Assembly: GCA_964538435.1 (NCBI GenBank)
Contig: CAZIDX010000006.1
Location: 11,923-75,922, forward strand
Direction: 5' to 3'
Source: an uncultured Gammaproteobacteria bacterium
GTDB lineage: Bacteria > Patescibacteriota > Patescibacteriia > UBA9934 > GWF2-40-263
DNA: 64,000 nt
The notes below the pieces were generated by a model that did not search any database, was not told the DNA's origin, and saw nothing but the letters and a program-made list of their open reading frames with translations. Shown one piece after another: positions 56,926 through 64,000 of the stretch. Position numbers and translations under genes: made by a program. Every line of letters starts with the position of its first letter. Position 1 is the first letter of the stretch.

Positions 56926-58143
56926 TTATGCTGTTTTTGCGCTGTATTTTACGAGTTGGTTAATTCCTAGGGAAATCGCTGCTGCTGCAAAGAATGCTGT
57001 GCTTATTGAGAAGAATGTTGTGAGCACAATGAGGAACACAAGCATTACTACACGCCCCATGCTAAGCGCCATCTCTCGGATTACCGTGTACTCATCAATG
57101 TAATGCCCTGAATCTGCGGCCTGCTCGTACATGAGCGTGTCCATTGGTGTGCGGAGCAAGATTGAGCCAAAGCTGTGAAACGTGGATGCTGCAAAGACAC
57201 CTATCACAGTTGAGACCAACCCCTTTGAAACCCACCCGAGCGCATATAGACCTGTTCCATACTTAAGCATTCGTTTTGCAGAAAATTTGTCTGTGCCTTT
57301 ACCCACAAAGATTTCGAGCGCAAACCCAATGACCACAATTGCTGCTGTGAAGGCCCCAACGTCTAGGTAATCACCTTTAAAGACAATGTAGAGAAAGATT
57401 GGCCAGACTGCTACACCTACAACATTCTCTGCGCCATAGGCAGCCATAGAAAGAGACATGGGGCGGAACTTTTTTGAAAAGACTTTTTTGAAACTTTCCC
57501 AGAAACCAAACTCGTATTTCACCTTAAACTCAGGAAGGAACAGGAGTGGTGTGATTGATGAAGCTGCAATAAGGAGACCAAAAATGAAGTTAATCTTGTA
57601 GCCGTACTTCATGATGATGTATCCGGCCACAAGCGGAGCAAGTACGCTGATGAGTCGCTGCGCTGCATAGAACATCCCAATCTGTTTACCGCGCTTTCCT
57701 TTTTTCGTGTGCATGGCAAAGTCGATGTGAAACGGTGACCAGTAGAACACGCTCACGATCAGAAGACCAATGAAGCCGATGGTCATGAGAATGTACGGAT
57801 GGATGAATGATCCGCTGTCGAGTAGGTAGAACATCCAGTAGAACATGACCACGCCTGTTGTTCCAAAGATCATGCTTTTAACAAGCCCGATGCGAGAGAA
57901 GATCTGCGCTCCCCAGATGTAGAACGGGATTTTGATTGCAAAGTTGATGGCGTACCACAGGAGCACCATCTGGATGGAGAAGTTGAAAAACTCGTAGAGG
58001 AAGATCGCTAGGAATCCACCAACGATTGAGGATGCTGTGAACGCCAGGAGTCGGTTCGACGCCAGGGCTGGAAGCGCTCCCACATGCGAGAGGGAGTGGC
58101 GGTGAAGTCTGAATGGATGGCTGGTGAAGTGATGTGATCGCAT
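56926..58143 (-). CDS. MFS transporter
   Basis: About 12 TM segments, RGKQIG...A...L..V.APLVAG and G..TDKFS.KR. Confidence 0.85.
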   Translation of the reverse strand: MRSHHFTSHPFRLHRHSLSHVGALPALASNRLLAFTASSIVGGFLAIFLYEFFNFSIQMVLLWYAINFAIKIPFYIWGAQIFSRIGLVKSMIFGTTGVVMFYWMFYLLDSGSFIHPYILMTIGFIGLLIVSVFYWSPFHIDFAMHTKKGKRGKQIGMFYAAQRLISVLAPLVAGYIIMKYGYKINFIFGLLIAASSITPLLFLPEFKVKYEFGFWESFKKVFSKKFRPMSLSMAAYGAENVVGVAVWPIFLYIVFKGDYLDVGAFTAAIVVIGFALEIFVGKGTDKFSAKRMLKYGTGLYALGWVSKGLVSTVIGVFAASTFHSFGSILLRTPMDTLMYEQAADSGHYIDEYTVIREMALSMGRVVMLVFLIVLTTFFSISTAFFAAAAISLGINQLVKYSAKTA

Positions 58144-58243
58144 ACAAGGATAAGTATAGCACCGATGTTGACACTCGTCTGTTTGAGCGTTATGATATCC
58201 ACCCGGCCCGGGGGGGATCTCAACCTAGACCGAGGAGGTCCCC

Positions 58244-58483
58244 ATGTATGTCTGTCCACACTGCAAGAACACTGGCGTGATTGATACTGGCAACAACGAC
58301 TTGCCATGTCGTAACTGCCCAGCTGGAGACAGGGCGTTGTTTAACATCGCTGAGGTTCGAGGCTTGGTGACTGGAGAAGAGGTCAAGCGCCACTTTCTCA
58401 ACACCTCTCCTGAGCCGATCGTCAGGTCTGGCCCCCACAATCTGAAGGCCGAGGATCTTCCTGGTCGACAGAAGAAAAACTAG
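58244..58483 (+). CDS. Small zinc-finger-like protein
   Basis: CPHC.NTG......PCRNCPAG; TTGACA-17-TATGAT promoter and GAGGAGGT SD. Confidence 0.75.
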   Translation: MYVCPHCKNTGVIDTGNNDLPCRNCPAGDRALFNIAEVRGLVTGEEVKRHFLNTSPEPIVRSGPHNLKAEDLPGRQKKN

Positions 58484-58661
58484 GGCATCTTGCCCCTGCT
58501 GAATGCGGGGGTTTTCTGATTGGAAAATTTTGTTATGAATTCTAGTGTTTTCTTTGTGTTTTTACCTGAATTTTACTTGAAACGATTGACAAAACCCTTG
58601 TTTTCTGCTATTCTTTTTCGTTCACAACTGACTCTTAAACTGCCAAGATACGAGGTGAAAC

Positions 58662-59480
58662 ATGGGTCCAATCGAAATCCAGTACGAGGTTTTCGAGAAT
58701 ATCGAAGAGCTCTATTCGGAGCTCAGGAAGGCAAAGCATGGATATGACAAGGAGGACGCATGGTGGGACCTTTCTTCGCCGCAGGTGATCCTTGGTTTGC
58801 TACTTAGCACTATCGCCCTCGTTTGCTCCGGTATCTGGTTGGTCTTCCGTCCGGAAGTCATCGGATTCTTCGCTGTCTTTGCTGGGATGTTTGGCTTGTT
58901 CTTTGACTGCATTTCGATCCCTGTCGTACGACGCTACGTCACAACCAGACGAAACAACGGCTGGCACAACAAACACACCGAGGAAGAAGCTGCTCTTCTG
59001 CGCGATCCCATCGTTCAGTTCGTTGGGAAGGTGGTTGCAGCTGAGCAGGAGATCACCGACTTCATCGAGAGTTGGAACGACTACGTGTGCCGGCGAGATC
59101 TGGGAATCTTGGAAGAGGATCCTGAGCTCGAGAAGATGGGCCCTGTGGCCCAGAAGGCACATGACACCATGGCGAACATCCTGCTCATGGCGCGTGAGTT
59201 CGTGAAGATTCGTGAGGAGCGCCTCGAGCGTGACGAACGGGTCACCGAGCTTCACATGGCCAGCGGGATCGACATCGCTGAGGTGCTCGACTCTCTGACT
59301 CGGGCCGCAAACGACGCCCAGTCGTACATCAAGGCCTACCAGGAGACCGAAGGCACCACATCCTGCCCACTCGATGCCATCGCGAGGATCGAGACGGTGC
59401 AGGCTGAGCTGCGGGGAGACATTCCCGAGAGCAAGAAGCTCAAGTACCTGGCAGCTGCGGCCGCAAAGGCCCATGCCTAG
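58662..59480 (+). CDS. Hypothetical protein with two TM helices and a helical C-terminal region
   Basis: TTGACA-17-TATTCT promoter, GAGGTG SD, hydrophobic hairpin. Confidence 0.75.
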   Translation: MGPIEIQYEVFENIEELYSELRKAKHGYDKEDAWWDLSSPQVILGLLLSTIALVCSGIWLVFRPEVIGFFAVFAGMFGLFFDCISIPVVRRYVTTRRNNGWHNKHTEEEAALLRDPIVQFVGKVVAAEQEITDFIESWNDYVCRRDLGILEEDPELEKMGPVAQKAHDTMANILLMAREFVKIREERLERDERVTELHMASGIDIAEVLDSLTRAANDAQSYIKAYQETEGTTSCPLDAIARIETVQAELRGDIPESKKLKYLAAAAAKAHA

Positions 59481-59681
59481 CCCCACGCACACACCCACAA
59501 GGCGCATCAAGCCTAGCTGGGTGTGTCTTTTGTTTTAGGAATGCTCTTCAACCCAGCCTGGGTAAATTCCTTGACAAAAAGGGGGTAAAAAGCTATCATT
59601 GGCTCGTAATAACTTAATTGGCGGTGTCTTGGAACGGGACTAAGCACCCTTTCTCGGATACACGCACGAACACACAGAACT

Positions 59682-59945
59682 ATGCTTACAGCAAAGAAAA
59701 AGCAGAAGATCATTGAGAAGTACCGCACGCACAAATCAGACACTGGTTCGCCGCAGGTACAGATCGCGATTCTAACGTTTGAGATCGAGGATCTCACAAA
59801 GCACCTTCGCGATCACAAAAAGGACAACTCATCTAGGCGCGGGCTCATCAAAAAGGTAAACGAGCGACGACGTCTTCTACAGTATTTGGAGCGAGAAGAT
59901 GAGAAGGCTCATGGAAAGCTCAAAGCTGATCTCAAAATCCGATAA
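59682..59945 (+). CDS. rpsO: 30S ribosomal protein uS15
   Basis: [37 protein letters not shown]; promoter TTGACA-17-TATCAT at 59571. Confidence 0.97.
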   Translation: MLTAKKKQKIIEKYRTHKSDTGSPQVQIAILTFEIEDLTKHLRDHKKDNSSRRGLIKKVNERRRLLQYLEREDEKAHGKLKADLKIR

Positions 59946-60022
59946 TTCCACCCGGCCATTGCGGCCGGGTTTTGGCTTTTAAGAGAGCTCTTTAATTTTT
60001 CGCTCTCTTGCACATTAAAACT

Positions 60023-60712
60023 ATGTTTAAGCACGAAGATCAGCGTGTCGGTGTCTTTATCGATACGCAAAATATGTACTATTCCGCCAGAAATCTTTTT
60101 AAGCGGAAGGTGAACTTTAAAAATATTCTTGAGGATGCGATAGCAGGACGAAAGCTCATCAGGGCTCGAGCCTATGTGATCCGTACGCAAAGCGATGATG
60201 CCCGACCGTTTTTCGAGGCGCTCCAGAAAGCTGGAATCGAAACTCGAGAAAAGGACCTTTTGGAGTATGACTCGGGTCATAAGAAAGGAGATTGGGATGT
60301 TGGGCTTACCATTGATGTGGTTCAAGCGCTCGACATGCTCGATGTGGTGATCATTGTTAGTGGTGATGGGGACTACATTCCTCTTGCTGAATATATCCGC
60401 AGTCGAGGTCGCATGGTTGAGGTCATGGCGTTTCGCGCAACAACTTCAAGCACACTTATCGAGCATGTTGATGACTACGTTGACCTTTCAGAAAACAAAC
60501 GGCGCTACTTGATTGGACCAGCTGCAAAGACAAGAACAAAGACAGCCTCACCGAAAAAGAAAACATCAAAAACGAAGACGGTCAAGAAAAGTAAGGATGA
60601 GCAGCTTGAAGATCAGATTGAGGAAGCGATCCTTGGTGGATTCTTTATGCCTTCAAAAGGGGATGATGAAGATGACCAGAAAGACCTTCGCAAACGTCGA
60701 CTTGAATTTTAA
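60023..60712 (+). CDS. NYN-domain (LabA/DUF88, PIN-like) putative ribonuclease
   Basis: VFIDTQN, KGDWDVGLTID and VSGDGDY.PL. Confidence 0.9.
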   Translation: MFKHEDQRVGVFIDTQNMYYSARNLFKRKVNFKNILEDAIAGRKLIRARAYVIRTQSDDARPFFEALQKAGIETREKDLLEYDSGHKKGDWDVGLTIDVVQALDMLDVVIIVSGDGDYIPLAEYIRSRGRMVEVMAFRATTSSTLIEHVDDYVDLSENKRRYLIGPAAKTRTKTASPKKKTSKTKTVKKSKDEQLEDQIEEAILGGFFMPSKGDDEDDQKDLRKRRLEF

Positions 60713-60844
60713 CCTTGTTAGCCCTGACGTAGCTGCAGATCATGCAGCTACCAACTGGTCTAATAATTAACCTACGATCCTGCAGGGACAATGAGATCTC
60801 GAGTTCACTCGAAATCTTCAGCTCCTGACAGGATCACAAATCTT

Positions 60845-63127
60845 ATGCAAAACGCACAACGTTTTGAAACCGAGTGGGGTGGTAAAACACTCTCAATCGA
60901 AGTTGGGAAATTCGCCCAGCAAGCAGGAGGATCCTGCCTGGTTCAGTATGGCGAGACCGTCATTCTTGGAACCGCAACCATGAGCTCATCGCAGCGCGAT
61001 GGACTCCACTTCTTTCCACTAATGGTGGACTATGAAGAAAAGATGTATGCGGCCGGCCGCATCAAGGGAAGCCGCTTTATGAAAAAGGAAGGGCGCCCAA
61101 CTGACGAAGCCGTTCTTGTTGGTCGATCAATCGACCGCGCGCTTCGACCGCTCTTTGACCAGAGCATCCGATATGATGTTCAGGTGATTCTTACAGCCCT
61201 TGCTTACGACGGAGAAAACGACCCAGATGTTGTCGCGCTCATCGCAGCGAGTTGCGCACTTCACATGAGTGATGTGCCATGGGCTGGTCCGCTTGGAGGC
61301 GTCCGTGTTGGTCATGTTGAGGGAGACTATGTTCTTAACCCAACAAATGAGCAGCGCGAGACTTCAAAGCTCGACCTCATGTTTGCTGGAATGGACGACA
61401 AGGTAGTGATGGTTGAGGCTGATGCTACTGAAGCTGACGAGGACATTGTTCTTGGTGGTTTCTGGTACGGCCTTGATAACATGGAGGCGCCAATCAAGCT
61501 GATTGAAGAGGTGCGAGCAGCGGTTGGAAAGGAAAAACGTGACCTTTCTCCTAAAACTGATGAGGCAAAGGCGCTTCTTGAGACAAAGAAAAAGGTTGAA
61601 GAGCTTTCTGTTCCTTTTATCATGGAGCAGACAAAGGAGCTTTTCTTTGCTGAGCCTCAGGCTACAAAGGGAGATCGAAACACTCAGCGAAACGAGATCA
61701 AAGAGCGACTCACGGTTTTTCTTACAGAGAAAGAAATCGAGCCAGAGCATATTCGCTTTGGAACAGACATGATCTATGAAACGGTTGAGCGAGAAGTTTC
61801 TCGAGCGATTGTTGAAGACGGAAAGCGTGTGGATGGACGATCGCTCACTGAGATCCGCGACCTTGTTGCAGAGGTTGCTGTGCTCCCGCGCGTTCACGGA
61901 ACAGGACACTTCATGCGTGGAGAGACTCAGGTTTTGACTGTGACCACTCTTGGTTCTCCAGGGGACGAGCAAACACTCGATGGCATGGAGACGGTTGGAA
62001 CGCAACGGTACTTCCACCACTACAACTTCCCTCCATACTCTGTTGGAGAAGTGAAGCCAATGCGTGGCCCATCTCGCCGAGACATTGGACATGGTGGTCT
62101 TGCTGAAAAAGCTCTTATGCAAATGCTGCCAAACAAGGAAGACTTCCCGTACACGATCCGAACTGTGTCAGAGGTATTTGGCTCAAACGGTTCAAGTTCA
62201 ATGGGAGCAACTTGCGGATCAACACTTTCGCTCATGGACGCAGGTGTGCCTATCAAGGCACCTGTTGCTGGAATGGCAATGGGACTTGCAATGAACGATG
62301 CAGGTGACTGGAAAGTAATCACAGACCTTCAGGACCTGGAAGACGGTAAGGGTGGAATGGACTTTAAGATCGCTGGATCACGAGAGGGTATTACTGCGAT
62401 CCAGATGGACACAAAAACCCACGGACTCTCCCGAGAGATTGTTGAGCAGGCGTTCCGTCAGGCAAAGCCAGCGCGCATGGAGATCCTTGATGTGATTGAA
62501 AAGACAATTGCTGAGCCACGAGCAGAACTCTCTCCACATGCTCCGCGGATTATCACGCTACGCATCAATCCAGAACTGATTGGAAATGTGATTGGTCCTG
62601 GAGGAAAGACCATCAATGAACTTATTGAAACCACAGGCGTGCAAGCGATCGACATTGATGACGATGGGCTTGTCATGATCACCTCAACTGATGCTGAAGG
62701 TGCACAAGAGGCAATGAAACAGGTTGAGATGCTCACAAAGGAAGCGAAGGTTGGTGAGATCTATAAGGGTAAGGTTGTGCGGATCATGGACTTTGGTGCC
62801 ATTGTAGAATTCCTTCCAAAGCAGGACGGAATGGTGCATGTGAGCATGATGGCTCCATGGCGAGTTGAAAAAGTTACAGATATTGTTAAGCTCGGAGATG
62901 AAGTGATGGTTAAGATCATGGAAATGGAAGGTGGAAAGACTAGCCTTTCTATGAAGGATGCTCCAGGAAACAAGCTTCCAGAGCGACCAGCACCACGACC
63001 AGGCTCAGATCGACCACGAAACGGACGACCTCCACAGCGTGGCGGGCGAAGGGATGATCGAGGAGATCGACGTCCACCAGCACGACCAGCTAGCCGAGCT
63101 CCACAAAAACCAACAAAGGAGGCCTAA
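60845..63127 (+). CDS. pnp: Polyribonucleotide nucleotidyltransferase (PNPase)
   Basis: FFPLMVDYEEK, RVDGR, HHYNFPPYSVGE, SNGSSSM, D..G.MDFK.AG, KH and S1 domains. Confidence 0.98.
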   Translation: MQNAQRFETEWGGKTLSIEVGKFAQQAGGSCLVQYGETVILGTATMSSSQRDGLHFFPLMVDYEEKMYAAGRIKGSRFMKKEGRPTDEAVLVGRSIDRALRPLFDQSIRYDVQVILTALAYDGENDPDVVALIAASCALHMSDVPWAGPLGGVRVGHVEGDYVLNPTNEQRETSKLDLMFAGMDDKVVMVEADATEADEDIVLGGFWYGLDNMEAPIKLIEEVRAAVGKEKRDLSPKTDEAKALLETKKKVEELSVPFIMEQTKELFFAEPQATKGDRNTQRNEIKERLTVFLTEKEIEPEHIRFGTDMIYETVEREVSRAIVEDGKRVDGRSLTEIRDLVAEVAVLPRVHGTGHFMRGETQVLTVTTLGSPGDEQTLDGMETVGTQRYFHHYNFPPYSVGEVKPMRGPSRRDIGHGGLAEKALMQMLPNKEDFPYTIRTVSEVFGSNGSSSMGATCGSTLSLMDAGVPIKAPVAGMAMGLAMNDAGDWKVITDLQDLEDGKGGMDFKIAGSREGITAIQMDTKTHGLSREIVEQAFRQAKPARMEILDVIEKTIAEPRAELSPHAPRIITLRINPELIGNVIGPGGKTINELIETTGVQAIDIDDDGLVMITSTDAEGAQEAMKQVEMLTKEAKVGEIYKGKVVRIMDFGAIVEFLPKQDGMVHVSMMAPWRVEKVTDIVKLGDEVMVKIMEMEGGKTSLSMKDAPGNKLPERPAPRPGSDRPRNGRPPQRGGRRDDRGDRRPPARPASRAPQKPTKEA

Positions 63128-63135
63128 TCATAGGC

Positions 63136-64000
63136 ATGCAGAGACTCAACATCCCGTTATCACGACATAAACGAACAACCCGCCGTAGTAGGTGGGTTGT
63201 TTGGGTGTTGATCTTGGTTCTGGTGGGTGGCCTCTTTTTGGTTTGGAACACTGGAAGATGGTGGTTTTCTGGTGCAGGTATTCTTGAGCATGCGCCTGTA
63301 GATACAGTTGCTGCGGTGCATTTGCGAGTGAACCCTGGAACATCCGGGGATATCGAGCAGATTTTGGCTAAGACTCCACTAATATCTGATCGGAGCTTGA
63401 CCTTCTCGGACCTAAAACCCTATATTCATGGTGATTTAGCTTGGTTTTTCACAAGTGATGGAAGGCGCACTGTTTCGATTAGGGGTGATTATTTCGAAAT
63501 TTCTGAGGCGTTTGCAAACTTGAGCCTTTCGATCGAAGAGGTGGACCAGGGAATTGTCATGCTTTCTAAGACTCTCCCTGCTATCTCTGTAGAAGATTAC
63601 GGCGTGCGAGCACCGCTTCTACCGACCGTTTTTCGGCAATATTTGGGGCAAATCGTACTCCCACTAGATGATCTTCGGAGTCGAATTTACCTGAAAAACA
63701 ACAAATTGTCGCTGAATTTGGGTGATTCGGACAATGATCATGTTGGTGAAATAAGGCTCCCACAAGGCACAATCATGGCTTTGTCAACGTTATCGTGGAC
63801 AAACAAGCTCGCAAGTGAGGATTCAGCTTTGCTAAATCGTTCATTTATTCCAGAAATAGATACTTTTTCAGCACTTTTTGAGGATTTCCAGTTTGTTCTT
63901 GCAAAAGCAGAGAACGGGAACTCCTATTTAGCTGAGGGGCAACTGGCGCAAAACATTGATATTGGAACTTTTCTGCAAACTCTTGTCTCCGCACAGTCCC
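63136..64000 (+). CDS. Hypothetical membrane-anchored protein, 3'-truncated by the window edge
   Basis: ATG 63136, frame open to the end of the window (MQRLNIPLSRHKRTTRRSRWVVWVLILVLVGGLFLVW...). Confidence 0.75.
   Translation, partial: MQRLNIPLSRHKRTTRRSRWVVWVLILVLVGGLFLVWNTGRWWFSGAGILEHAPVDTVAAVHLRVNPGTSGDIEQILAKTPLISDRSLTFSDLKPYIHGDLAWFFTSDGRRTVSIRGDYFEISEAFANLSLSIEEVDQGIVMLSKTLPAISVEDYGVRAPLLPTVFRQYLGQIVLPLDDLRSRIYLKNNKLSLNLGDSDNDHVGEIRLPQGTIMALSTLSWTNKLASEDSALLNRSFIPEIDTFSALFEDFQFVLAKAENGNSYLAEGQLAQNIDIGTFLQTLVSAQS

Overview
Bacterial chromosomal segment, standard genetic code. Gene content and style point to a Patescibacteria/CPR genome, probably Parcubacteria/ABY1-like; this is an inference from the giant surface-protein operon, Trm11-like methyltransferase, TrmB and tandem-Lrp regulators, and rpsO-NYN-pnp. 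Core genes are efp, epmA, rpsF-ssb-rpsR, ychF, rmuC, rpsT, holA, polA, a XerC-like recombinase, dsbA, rpsO, pnp and four tRNAs (Ala-GGC, Arg-CCT, His-GTG, Arg-TCT). Between them lie many self-contained orphan 'cassette' genes, most with their own TTGACA-17-TAnnnT promoter, a Shine-Dalgarno sequence and a terminator. The first genes of core units instead look leaderless and lack SD sequences. The most notable observation is four tandem paralogous orphan genes (7.4-11.1 kb) whose predicted mRNAs each begin, at the inferred start site, with the same covarying H-type RNA pseudoknot abutting the ribosome-binding site. The same pseudoknot core recurs in an unannotated, highly structured ~350-nt intergenic RNA candidate at 17.1-17.45 kb. 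Also present are a CoaD-CoaE fusion, an ATPase-less tandem PilB-N2D protein, a divergent RelA/SpoT-like nucleotidyltransferase, a six-gene Lrp-linked amino-acid-modifying operon, REP-like repeats and a mini-element at tRNA-His. All calls are from reading motifs by eye; no searches were run.
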